From: Folioceros fuciformis
Lineage: Eukaryota
Length of the DNA stretch: 48,277 bases
Direction: 5' to 3'
NCBI GenBank assembly: GCA_049999805.1
Contig: JBNGIO010005973.1
Coordinates: 128,877 to 177,153, forward strand
Under the pieces are notes generated by a model. That model had not been told where the DNA came from. It made no database searches and saw only the letters and a list, made by a program, of their open reading frames with translations. The position numbers were made by a program, and so were the translations under genes. Below are positions 36,001-48,277 of the stretch, piece by piece (positions within the stretch are counted from its first letter, which is position 1; each line of letters opens with the position of its first letter).

Positions 36001-37238
36001 GCAGCTGGCGTGAGGGCGGAGGAACTGAAGTCCAGACTGACCCCACCTTCGGTATTGTGTCCAACCAAGCGAGGAAGATCGAGCCGTGCAGCAGTAGAGA
36101 ACTGCCGACGCAAAAGGGCCAAGGTATCCAGTGGATCGGACTCAGAGGGCGTCTCTGAGTCTGCATCTAAACGTCCTCGACAGCTGCCAAACAGATACCT
36201 GGGTAGTTCTTCCCTTCGAAAGGAAGGATCACAAACCGGAGTGGGTTTGGCTCCCTCCACAAAAAGCAAGAAACAAAACCATGGCAGCAATCCGAGGGCA
36301 GTAAGAGGAAATTGTGAGAAAAGAGGAAGCACTGACAACATAGGCAAAAAGCCTGCTCCAGGTGGGAGGAAGCCTCAACGTCCCAGGAGCATCCACGCTC
36401 ACAAGTCAGCAGAAGAGGATACAAGCCAGGTTGAAACTGTCCAGGCTCAATCGAACATCACAAGGATTGCTCCGGACTGTCAAGAACATAAGACATGGAA
36501 GGACCGGAGGCAGTTGACCTCGGTCATTCCTCAGTTACCGAAGGATCTCCAACATCAGATGTACTCGGCAGCAGAGCCTGGGAAAGCTGGATCAGCTGCA
36601 CTTGCCGTTCAGAAGTTACAGACATTAGGCCCGTGGCCCTGGTCTGCCTCATGGCAGCTCTGGGACTGCGAAAGTTGCCATCTGGGTCCGTGCACAGTCT
36701 TCTATCATGGCCGTCATGGGGGTGATTGTCAAGAGCACGAAACTCCTCTTCCTGCATTCAATCCGTTTTTCTATTTGCAGATGCTGTTCACGCCACAGCA
36801 AGTAGCACAAATGCAGTCACAGAATCCAGGTGAACACGCATTTCTCCGCCTTCTTGGATTTGCCAATAGGGCGAGAGATGCAAGAAGTCTGGATCTAATC
36901 AACATGTGTTACTTGCAGCGTTTCTGTTCAACTACGTACACTACAACAGAGTCTACTACCATCTCTTCTGTGCACAGACATGTTCTTTCAACAGCACACT
37001 GGTTCGGCCAGTTGCAGAGCTGGGCAGTGTTAAGGCGGACGACATTCTATGTCAGGAGCGCCGGAATCCGTTACCCTTGTCTGTTTCTCCAGCTGCACCT
37101 CCAAAGATTCCGAGCAGCATTTCAGCTAGCCCTGTGTGGAAGAGAGACAGGAAGGAACACAGCAATTGCAGTGAGGACTTAGACCTTGCCCTGGTTTCAT
37201 GCTCAGTGAGCAGGGGCTTAGGTTCAATCCTGTACTAG
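33061..37238 (+). CDS. Atypical E2F/DEL-like protein with two winged-helix DNA-binding domains and an extra uncharacterised N-terminal domain; start uncertain
   Basis: DBD1 (34596-34920, intron 34696-34789): RKQSLTELCDRLFETYG..VMTLKTVSNLLG|TRKNRIGDVFNVLEVLEVV..DRDSYVWLGYQQISHRLGELQ. DBD2 (35398-35825, introns ~35454-35553 and ~35626-35721): AVGQLTRKFLQLFL..|..WDHAVRAVLDDA..TVR|VQIRRLLDIATVLCALHLI..YEWLG. Both align with DEL/E2F7-8 domains. Phase-compatible GT-AG introns link the exons through most of the gene; a TACTAAC branch site lies at 35366. One donor near 36600-36780 was not resolved. Confidence 0.72.
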
Positions 37239-37604
37239 GAAATGTTATGTAGCGTAGGCTGCTGTGCTGTGAGACAATAACAAATTACAAATAAAAACGT
37301 GACAACAAATTGATGAGTGTGGAGTCTGCTTGCCGCTTCGGCCGCACTAATGTACATTATGCGTCTGATCCACACCGAAGTGTGATTCGCATGAGTGATT
37401 CAAACCAAAATCAAGGCACAATTACAGATGTCAGAGTGCCTGTGGCATCCCTACCTAAACCAGCCTAATCCTGCTCAGGAGCTAGGACATGACCAAGCCA
37501 TTGTCACTGTCGGGTGCATTGCGTCAGGCCTACAGCCATGTACCTAAGCTCTCAATTAATGATGAATCACTTACAAAAACCTAGAATCGGAGGAGGCACT
37601 TTTG

Positions 37605-40600
37605 CTAGTTCGAACTTCCAGAAGGCTCCCCGCTGAAAGCGCCACTGCCTCCTGATGTAGACCCTGTCGGACCAGAAGCTCCAGAAGACGCAGCCCGCGC
37701 CCGTTGCATCTGACGAAGTCGGAACAGGTCGCTTGTTGCAGGTTTGCTTGGTGCGGCAGGGACGTCGTCCTCGTCTTCCTGTCCTGCTTTGTTTACAATT
37801 CAAACTTTAATCACCGTTTCTTGACACTTAACGACAACACGTTTACTCTTACTGTTCCCACGTCTTCCCATGTATGAAATGCTTACTTAACGTTTCCGCC
37901 ATTTACGAAAACGCGCTTACTTACTCTCAATTTCTTTCCTCTTCTGTTGATGGCTCTGCCGTGCCTGCCGCATCCCAGTCTGAGTCAAGCCTCCTCCAGA
38001 AGTAAGTCCCAGCCGAGTTATTCCATTTGCTCCTCCTTGTGATTTACCAACATGATCTGTGGACTGAAGACCAGACCCTCCACCTTGTGCCATATGGATG
38101 TGAGCCCCTTGAGCACCTAGGCCTTTCAAGTCGGCCTGCATCAATACAGACATCACAATTTCTGGTTCTGGATACGGTCCTGCACATGCCAGACACCTCA
38201 CAGATCAGAAGTATTGCCACTGTGACACAACAGACTCGAGCCCACAAGATGCAAGAAGCGATACTTGCCAGGAACATGCGGAAGGCTTCTGACAAAAGAG
38301 GCCAGAGTAGCCGGCAGATACTTCAAACTCTCTTCTCCCGGCTTGAATGCAGCATCGGCGGAGGGGCGTCCAGCCGGCAATGTTTGCGATCCCGATGGCC
38401 GCGGAGGCAAGCCTCCAGTGACATTTGATGGCCGCATCTGCAGATTATGACCAGCACTACCTGCAGAAAGCCGCAGTGAGACCAAGGTTGGAAAAGGGAT
38501 TTACTACACAACATGACCACAACACTACAGCAGGAGACAATTACCTTGGGCAGATACAATGCCGGGGGGGAGAGGTCCTTGCAAAATCTGTGCAGCAGTC
38601 GACACAGAAGCATGTGGGTTCAGTGCAGGTTGGCCAACACAGAAACAGAGCTCTGTAAAGCACAAATCTTGTCTTACTTGTGATGATACTTGAACAGGAA
38701 CCGCTCCTCCTGAAGGCGCAAAATTATTAGTCAGGCAAGTACCATATGATCACAGAAATTAAAATGCTCATCCTTGCGTAGAGGTAATTTCTGATTCGGG
38801 TCACATCAGATTCTCAGACCCGACCTTTCCTCTACCCCAAATACATTCTATTGTTGTTAATCACGTCAATACGAACCAGGGTACTGCTTTACATACAATT
38901 TGTAGGCCAACGACATCGTCCGCGAAAGTTTATCTGTTCTTACCATATCCTTGGCGAGGATCATACAAAGCCATCTTGGACACATCTGGTCTTGCCAGAT
39001 TGAGGGTCGGAGCCGCCGGTGTCTGTGACTCACTTGCTCCAGTGGAGCCATTCATACCTTTCTCTGATGTGAAGGAAAGGGAAGGTTACAAGAGGAACGG
39101 TATGAAAAATGACAGTCCCACAGGGAAAAAGGATGTGAAAGGACCACTTCAAACCAACCTGGTTGGGCACTGATTGCACCTGGTTTTTCCATCTTCTGTG
39201 ATGCCCTTTGAGCCATTAACTACAGCAAACAACTCGATTCTGTCACTGGCAGGACTATATCACCAGCCTAGGTTCAAGTAACCCCAAAACCTTCCGTGGG
39301 CACGTCAGATGAGTTTGTGAAGGGGAAGGGGAGAAAGACCTGTTGCCGAGTCAGGTGATCGAGATCAGATGTAGAACAGGGCCACAAATCCCGAAACCGA
39401 TACCGTGAGATCAGCTGCTGTAAGGCTCCCTCTGAGGTTTCTTCCCCAATCGAAGCTAGCGCTTCCCTTTTCCTTTGTTCGACCTGACCGAAAAAAAGAA
39501 ACCTCTTGAGTTCAGCAAGAGAACTGGTAATTCGTTTCATCGGGCAACATAAGAAGTGCAAGGAAGCCGTACGTGTGCAGTTTTGGTTTGTGTGATTTCG
39601 TACCTTCAGTATGCTTTGCAGATCCTCGTATTTTGCTTCCAGTTCCAAGTACCTATTCCACACCTGTTATCCGGAAATCTCAGCAACCTTTCTTGCACAA
39701 CCGAGAAAGTGAGCTCCTCACACGGCTGTTCATCCACTGCTGAGAGGCAACAATATGTACCTCAAGAGACTCATCTGGTGGTAAGACACTCAAAGCTCGC
39801 TCAAACAGTACCCGAACGTTCTTGTCATCATTCATGCGATCTAGGAAATCAGCGTATCTGTTGAGCAAAGGAACCCCAGATCCACTCAAAAACCAGGGGG
39901 TAAGTACCCAACTATAGAAAGTGCACGAAGGAATTAACATAACGCAGACTCTCAGACATTCAACCACTTGCATTCGACAGCATCGACTCAGTAACGAGAA
40001 CATGCAACTTACTCAAGGACGTAAGCAGGCTCATGGATGTACTTCTTCAGCCCCAACTCGAAGATATTTCGGGCTACCTGCAGACCAGCAACTTAAGATA
40101 GTCCTGTGAACTGCAACTTATCCAAATAGGCCTACCAGTACAAGAGTAGCAAGAGATAACATCCATAGATCGAGAAGAGTATAAACCTTGGGATCTTTAT
40201 CCACACAGAGCTCCATGATTGCAGAGGCAACATACACTTGATATGTACAAGCGGGGGCCTTGCGTGCTTGTAAGAACACCTTCCTTGCTTCATCGATGCC
40301 TTCAGTTCTCCTCACAAACCGCATAAACTGATTGTTTCATGAACAACTCTATAGTGAACACACAATCTTATACTGAGTCACACTGAATGTCATCCTGTGT
40401 AGGATCCTTGCTTAGGATAGCTAATCAGGTCACGACCAACAGCTTCAACATGAGACACACACCTGGATGTACGAAAGTGCATCGGAGCTGCTGGTATTCC
40501 GAAGAAGACTTTCATACACCTTCTTCGCTTCCTGTACGACAAACCCCGCAACTTGCATAAAGAGACACACTTGCCAAACAGCTTAAGAGATGACAGGCTC

Positions 40601-43600
40601 CACAACGTACCTTGTAATTGCCACGGGCTTCTTCGAACTCAGCGCTTGCAAAATGAAGCACTGCAGAATCTGTAACATTGTGATGAGAGAGAGCACCACA
40701 AAAGTTGAGAATCAAAGCCAGGTCCATCCGAACAACTGGAGCACTTGGAACACGAGCTTGCCTGGCAAAGCTTTCAGAGCCCGCTGAAAGATAGCTGCAG
40801 CTTGATCTGGCAACCCGTTCTGGGCATGCCAGGTTGCAAAATCGAACCACACATCTGGGAAGTGGTACAAGAACATGAGGCACTGCAACACATATACAAA
40901 GGTATCAGCAACACCACACAAACAAGACCTCAAAAGCAGTGGATGACCAGAAAAGACACCTGCTCATAAGTGAAGGCTACTCTCTTGGTGAGTGCCGCAG
41001 GGTCTAATCGCTGAGGGTTCCCCCTGCATTTGGAATTGATCAGTACGAAGGGTCCCCCACAGACAAATTCTTGACGCCCTAGACTTCTCAACCCTTAGCG
41101 CTGCACATGATCACCAGGAGAGAACAAGTTGGGCACCTTGCTGGACTTACTTCTCAAATTGCAGCAACTGCCTCCAAGCAAGACATTGTTGTTCCTCCTG
41201 CAGGTTTCCAAACGGATCGCCATGAACATGTCACTTAACACCATGTCTAGAGTTACAGAGCTACCCATTGGTAGGACAGTCGTGGAAATATCTTTTCAGG
41301 CTGCTTCGCAGCGTTGAGGCTGCTTACACCCCATACACAAGAATACCCTGTCTTATCGTGCAGAACTATTTAGGCACAGCTGACTGATTTCACGAGAAAA
41401 CCAAACTACAAGCATCGAATGGAGTGTATGTGACTCGATCGCCCCGTCAAATAACTTGTTGGGTTCTGAACATTGCACGAGCTGAAAGAAGCAGAAAGGA
41501 AACAGACACATGTGCTGCTAGAATCATGCATAGTTAGGGAAGTGAACTTGCTTTGGAGGAACCAGTTGGAGGCACTGGCAACATGGTTTGATCAATGCGC
41601 TCGCAATACTTCTTGCGCTCCTTATAGACAGCCCTCGCACTGAAGTGCTTGGGCTGATATTCAGTAAAAAGACCTTTAGCCTGCATAAACAGTGCATGCC
41701 TCTCAGATGTCTTTGATACGAATGAGAACTGGAAATACATATGCACATTTGGAAGAGCGAGCATCACGGGATGGCATTGAACAAATCATTCTGGCAACAG
41801 AGCTTGCCGCAGCAGATGAAAGAATCCCAGACAAAGGTGTGTCCACCAATCAAAGGCCATTCACAGTGTGGGCACCAATCCAACCCATAGACCAGCTTCA
41901 CGTACAACACAGGCAAGCTGCACTTCCTTGGTGGGGGAGCATGTGAAAAATCCATAACTCAGACGAAGAGACAAATGCAAACATCACTTGGGCCCCAGCA
42001 CCAAAAGCAACAACTGCGATATGGAAACTGTAGCTTTTATTGAAGGAGCTCAGACTACAAATTTCAGGATCTTCACTCTGTAACAGTGAAGTAAAGAGAA
42101 AGCAGCCAACCAGGGCACGACTGACAGAATTTTCAAATGATTCATAATCCTTCCACAACTGCTCCACGAGGTGGACGGGAGCTAATACAGCCCGCTGGTA
42201 GGCCTTGCGCACTGAGGTCATCCGCTGTGACTCCTCATGAGGTGTGGATGCCTGTGAGATCCAACATGATCAGATTTCAAGACCAACAGACCAGCACATT
42301 CACATACTACGAGTAGGTCTAGTAGGTGGAGCTCAGACACGCAGCAGAACATCACATTAACGTACCACTGCTCCCTTCAGAAATGAAATGTACTCTTGCC
42401 AAACAGAACCAGCAGAGATGTCGGACCCTGCAAGTCCAAGTCCGGCAAGAAAAAGCTGTGCTATCAGGTTCCCACCCTGAGGCTGATTGCAACCCCTCCG
42501 CAACGCCTCATAATCCATAATGGCACACAGTACCTGAGGCAAATCAAAGCAGCACTTACCAACGTGATCCAACATAAACTCATACGCCTTTTTCATCTCC
42601 TCCCTTCCCTCAGGACCTCTACTTTCATTCACCTTCCGCACGAACCGAATGTAAGACTTCCTGCACAACGGCTGGGCTTGTGAGCAACTGAAAGCAGATC
42701 AACAGAGGCGACCCAGCTGCGGACAGGAGTAGTAGCACGCACCAAAGATCCACACTTAAGCAATTACGCAAACACCGACTGAAGATTTGCTTGACAGCAT
42801 CATCATTGTTGGCACCCATTTGCAGCTCCACATACTTCTTCCAGTAAACGGCCTGCACCCCAACATCGTCAAATTCATCAGCATACTGCCGTCAACCGAC
42901 ATATGTGACCCCCAGGACATGGTGTCCCAGCTCCCTCCCTCCCAGCCACTGAACACCAAGAAACTCCACCCAACTCCCTACCACCACAATCTTCACAACA
43001 ACGATTCCCCATCGAAGCCCCATACAGCCCTCGTGAGAACCTCACCGAAGTTGGGAAGTTGGCAATAATAGCCTCATAAATCGGAATGGCATCAGCCACA
43101 GACCTCGACTGCCAAAGAAAAGAGACAAACCATTAGGACCTTTCTTGGACCACAGCAACAAAGGCACCACCCTTGGACAATTGCCCCCAAAAAACCTCAC
43201 CTGGGCCTCGTTCCCAAGCAACACCCAAGCCTCCACGTCATACTGATCAAGCTCAATCCTCTCCCGAGCACGCCGCTCCTGAAATCCCACAGACCCAAAA
43301 CCCTCAATCACGAGAGCAGAGAAAACCCACCGACGCCCGACACAACCACACCCTCACCTTCTCCGTCAGAGGAGGACCCAGCTGCGGAGGCGGCTTCACA
43401 ATGGTCACCAAAGCCGGGGCCGCCTCCGGCCTCCCCCTGTCCGCAGATTCAGGCCTACCGGGCCCAGCATTCTCAGGTACCCTGCGTGCAGCATCCTGGA
43501 TCCCAGATGCAGACACACTATCCTCCTGTTTCACTTCCTCCTTCACCACGACCCCGGAATTTCCCCCGGCAGCACTACTGGGCACCGCAGTGCTGGCAAT

Positions 43601-43831
43601 CTCCTCCCCCACCTCCACCTTAATGCCCTCGCTTGAAACAGCCTTTTCTGCGGGCTCCGCGACCATGGCAGGCACGCTGGCCTCATCCTCCGTCTTCACC
43701 ACCACGAGCTCCAGCCCGGAGCTCACGGGCGGCCCCTCTTCCCCTGCGCTCATGCTGCTGGTCCTCCAAGCTTCGCTGCCCTCATGCTGCATGGTCTTTC
43801 CAGCCATCTTCACCGAACGTGAAAATGCCAT
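37605..43831 (-). CDS. CSTF77: Cleavage stimulation factor 77 kDa subunit (CSTF3 / Suppressor of forked), many exons
   Basis: HAT-repeat exons include YDVEAWVLLGNEAQ, YWKKYVELQM..NNDDAVKQIFSRCL, MTSVRKAYQRAV..VEQLWKDYESFENSVSRAL, YHFPDVWFDFATWH, MRFVRRTEGIDEARKVF..ARK, NVRVLFERALS and SRYRFRDLWPCS. The last exon reads ..DLFRLRQMQRAR...FSGEPSGSSN* with the stop at 37605. The start codon could be any of the first few ATGs. Confidence 0.93.
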
Positions 43832-44931
43832 TCCACCGCCGGCTCCGCCTCATTCTGCTGCTCCGCGTCTTCGGGGCGAGCGGCAGCAAGAGCAATGCGG
43901 ACCGAAGACATTTCGGCTGTAAGTTAGTTGATTGTTCATTGACATCTTTCTCATACGAGTAACACATTACATATTTCTATGCAATTCTCATCCTCCATGC
44001 CTCTGTATAAGGACCCACTTTGCCTACTCCACTGTTGCCGCGGAGAGAGAGCATGTGGCGATCCCCTGGCGGATGCTTGAGCGCCCAATATTTACTTGTT
44101 TGTGATAGATTTTTTAGTCCAAAGTTAATTTAAAAATATAGCTAATAAAATATATTAAAATAATATAGAATCATAATATTAATCTATTATTATAATATTA
44201 AAATTGTATGAGTAAATTTTTAATATATATTATTAAAAAAGAAATGAAAAACCATCTACTCCAAAGATAGGAATAACCCAAAGAGAGCCAAAGCACCTAA
44301 AGAGGACTAGCCCCCTCCAACATCATTCTCAAAACTGTTTTCTTACTCCCAAATTATTGTGTTGCTAAAACTGCTTTCCTTACTTCTTTTTATAAATTTA
44401 AGTAGTATTGGATTTCCAGACCACTCAAGGTTGCAAACTTGTTTTTGAATTTTTTTTTATTTTAAAAAGAAACATCAACCCACGAGTATGTCCTAAATGC
44501 CAAAGTTTTATCAGTGTAAGTCATTGCTTCACTAAGGTTTTGTGCTTTAAAATTTGTTAAATGCAACGTTTTGCCATGTACTCCAAATTATTTTTCTTCA
44601 CAACTTCTGTAATAACTATTTCCACCTCAGTTCAATGAGATGATTTATTGTAGGATGGTGTGCTTAACAATGTACCGGCCCACAAGAGTAGAGTCAAAGA
44701 AGTCTATGGCAGATAATCAGATAGGGAAGTCCATGGTGGATATACAATAGAGCTTTAGAATCTAAAACAAGCATCGTCACTTCAAACATACTAGGTTATG
44801 TACTACAACTATGTGCTTGAGGAGAAGAAGCATCAATTTATAAATTCGATAAGATTATGAAATGTATTCGGTTTAGGATGGAGCAATGATGTCCATCAAT
44901 GTAAACCCGTTCCTAGATCTTCGGAAACCTC

Positions 44932-45075
44932 CCTAACCTAGGGCTTGTAGATGGCATGGTGTTTGTCCACCTTAGTCATTAATGAGTAGTGCACCACCGT
45001 GATTTGAAAACCCCTAACTAAGGGCTCTGGTAGCATGGTATTTGTCCGATGTGCCTATCGAGGAGTATTGCACCA
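44932..45075 (+). repeat. Degenerate ~80-bp tandem duplication
   Basis: cctaacctagggct..gcatggtgtttgtcc..gagtagtgcacca is followed by cctaactaagggct..gcatggtatttgtcc..gagtattgcacca. Confidence 0.6.
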
Positions 45076-45464
45076 TACAAAGGGTGGACGTAGTGGTTGC
45101 CTATGGAATCTTTCTCTGGGTTCATTCATGTAAAGGTGAAACGTTTATGTAACCTATAGAGGTACAGAGAGGTAGCAAATTTGTTCTTGAAGGCATGACC
45201 TACACGCCAACATAGAGAGGGGACAAGCTTGGTCAAATCAATGCATGTGTGTTGCCTAGTGGTCATTATAACCACCCTCCCTTGGCCTCACCACTTGTAG
45301 GGCATTTCCCAATTCAAGGATTGGAAGGTGGTTGATAAAAGCTACAAAGCGTTAAGGGTTGGTCGGACCAACTTCTCTTTGTCTAATGGGTTCTATTGTC
45401 ACACACCCCTTTTGAGATCGCCTAGTTGTGATTCTGTCTCAATACATCGTTTTCTTTGCACCTA

Positions 45465-45660
45465 TTTCGGCAAATGTTCCTCTTTCCATTCCATCCTCGT
45501 TTGCAAAGAACATGGGCAAACAAATGTTCCTCATTAAATTTCTATTCCATCCTCATTTGCAAAGAATATGGGTAAACAAATGTTCATTTTCCCATTCCAT
45601 CCTTGTTAAACAAATGTTCTTCTTTCCATTCCATCTTTGTTCGCAAGAATATGGGTAAAG
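45465..45660 (+). repeat. Degenerate tandem repeat, ~4 copies of a ~30-58 bp unit
   Basis: The core ttccattccatcctc.tttgcaaagaa.atggg.aaacaaatgttc recurs. Confidence 0.7.
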
Positions 45661-47576
45661 TAAATAAGGGCATTTGTTGTACAAATTGAATTTGAGCATT
45701 TTTCCTACTAGTCCACTAGCTATAGTACACATTTATACTTTATTAATAATTATTCATACCAGGCCACACTATACACACCTCAATCATGTAAGCTTATAAT
45801 ATAAAGCGTTCATTTCCTTTAGACAAGAATCTCTACCCACCACCAGCCTGCTTAATTCTCATGGCTATAGCTTGGCTTCTCAAATCCACAACCAGGTCAC
45901 ATGATCTTACATCTCAACTCCACAACTAAGTCACATGGTCCAAAAAGAAAATCCACACTCAAGAGGTGAGAAGCAAGAGATCACAAGTTTAAAGCTATAG
46001 CAAACAATTTTTATACTACAATTGTAACATAGCTAAGCTTTTATACTTGCTATAATCACGTTCACACGTTAGTTTTGTGTCTATCATCTTGATATTATAT
46101 TATATTATCTAATTATTTTAATTAAATAGTTTACTAATTATTCCTAATTTTATTTATTAATATTGAATTATTTTAACTAAATAATTAACTAATTATACCT
46201 AACTTCATTTATTAGTATTATTTAATTATTAATTGCATGTACCTACACAAGAGCATATAATCCTTCTGCAATGCTATCACAATCACTATTTTAATTATCC
46301 TAGAAAACATGAGACTAGCTCTGAAGTTTGTGCCAGTGCTCTTAATCATCCTTCTATCATGCACCACTTTGACGATATATACAAGAATCCTGACAAGTAC
46401 ATAGACATGTGCTCTGGGATGGACTCTTCCCTTGTTTATTTGTCACATATTGAACTTGTTGGCTTCTATTGAAGCTATCAATGAGGCAAATGTTGGCTTT
46501 TGCCGCTTAAAGGTGCTAGATGCAAGGTTTCTTAGGCAAATTCAGTAATACAAACACACATTGTCATGCATGTGACATTGTGCATCTATCTTATGATTGA
46601 TGTTGGAAATTCTCTTTCATGGTTTGTTCTTCTATCTAATACTATAGTCTATTTATACTCGATTGCATTCAGACATATCAATTTATAACAACTTAATTGG
46701 GAAAGGAAGGAATGTTCATAAGTTTGAATTGACAGATATGACTTCTTTAACTCCACGAACACATAAAGATTGAAGCAATGGCTAACTAGCGCCACAATTA
46801 TCTCCATAGCACAATAGCACTCATCCTCTTTCACATCTCTCCTAATGGAAACATACAATTGCATGGATGGACTTGAAGTTTGCCGACCACTACCTATCTT
46901 AGAATTGGGGATTGTCCTCTAAGGATCCACAAACATTTTGTTGAAGTTAATCTTGAAATCTGTGACCCCATTCTTACTTGTCAACAAACTTTGATTGTCA
47001 CTTTCGAATTCATCGATCTCTTGCTTCACTAACACATAAGCATTCAAGACCCTCAGCTTCACCATCACCTCATCTTAGTGCACCGACGCCATGTACTAAT
47101 GAGCATATCACTTGGGCGCTAGATACTCTTCGTAATCCTCCTCCATGTTCTCTAACTCAACTAGCTTGGCTCCACCCAATAGCGTGTGTAATAAAAAAAA
47201 TAGAATTCTATTTACATGTAGCTTTGCCCACACCCATTTTGATCTCGCAACTTGAGCCACACCTATTAGAAAAAGGGAGAGAAAGAAACATACCTAAAAG
47301 TCATGACTTTTGAATGTTTAAAATCGATAGACCAATCTCAATCTCTCACACATTGGCGTACATACATACTATATGCCAAAAATCCTAGATGAAGTACCGG
47401 GCAAATCCCAAGCTTTATTACATTCTATTTTTGCGTACACACAAAACAGATAGGCTATGCATATATTTACAATTTTTACATTAAACAATATCTCAAAAGG
47501 TATGAACTTTATCCCCATTGTTATCTAACTTTATAACATATTCTTTAAGTACTAATAATATGCATGAGTATTAAAC

Positions 47577-47646
47577 CATAACTCATATCTTAATAAGTTA
47601 TAAATCTTAACCTTAAGATTCATAACTTATTAAGGTATGAGTTATG
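47577..47646. repeat. Near-perfect 70-bp palindrome (34-bp arms, 2-nt spacer)
   Basis: cataactcatatcttaataagttataaatcttaa-cc-ttaagattcataacttattaaggtatgagttatg; 32 of 34 arm positions are complementary. Confidence 0.9.
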
Positions 47647-48277
47647 TGATGAAAAATCATGCCTTGCTCTTAGATACAAAGTGGTACAATGCAATGAATT
47701 GATTAAAAGAGTAAAGTACAAGCCTATATAGTTATAGTGGTTAGGTGGTTATAACAATATGTTGTTGTAACCACTAAGTTGTTGTAACTAATATAACAAC
47801 TACCTACCTAGAGCAACTAACTAAGTAACTACCTAATATCCTAGGCCTAAATTAATGTTTAAGTAATACAGCCCTCATAAATAGTGTCTTAAGCTAGATA
47901 TATTTCATCACTACCACTCACTATGAATGTAACGATGAAAAACTAGCTTTAAAATGAGACCTATTATATAACTAAGCTCTTACTTAATCAAAAGTTATAT
48001 GCTTAAGAAAATGTTCTAAAAACTTAAGCTGATAAAAGATAACTTAAACCCTAGTTTAAAGCTTAATAAAAATGGAGGAAAAATAAGCCTAATTTAAACA
48101 TAAATGAATAGACTTAGATCGGTCTTTTAATGGTAACTCAAAATAGGTAGGAAACCCAAAAATAGGCTATATGGAAAAGCAAAATTAAAAGTGAAAGCGT
48201 GGGTTAAAAATAATAGCCAAAAAAAGGGTTTAAACGGTATATAAGCCCGAAATGGCCCCTTGCGTGCCATTGATGGG

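Noticed and set aside
35938-37182. 414-aa ORF as a standalone gene
   Set aside because: Its 5' part splices in frame to the E2F/DEL exons (acceptor ..TTCACAG at ~35990). Its 3' part reads through intron-like sequence, and the likely last exon is in another frame ending at 37238.
43173-43922. 249-aa plus-strand ORF
   Set aside because: It is antisense to the GC-rich, low-complexity first exon of CstF77.

Overview
Gene-dense eukaryotic DNA with many short GT-AG introns and plant-type proteins, most consistent with a non-seed land plant (inference; bryophyte/lycophyte-like). Conserved genes, left to right: 3' part of a kinesin-14, EFG1-like rRNA-processing protein, MIA40-like oxidoreductase, SAP18, APC10, a TPR protein, a hypothetical protein and CstF77, followed by an AT-rich tail with repeats and hairpins. 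Two loci stand out. (1) A head-to-head pair of paralogous ~2200-aa single-intron genes (6776-13675 minus, 14399-21156 plus). Each encodes an unknown N-terminal region, a beta-rich region, a VLIG/RHD3/GBP-superfamily P-loop GTPase, a helical region, a long Cys/His-rich array and a C-terminal vWA domain; this is a candidate paired immune-GTPase system. (2) A spliced gene (~33061-37238 plus) that appears to fuse an uncharacterised N-terminal domain to two atypical E2F/DEL-type DNA-binding domains, both with altered RRxYD recognition motifs. All exon models were read by eye and need RNA-seq confirmation; no database searches were run.
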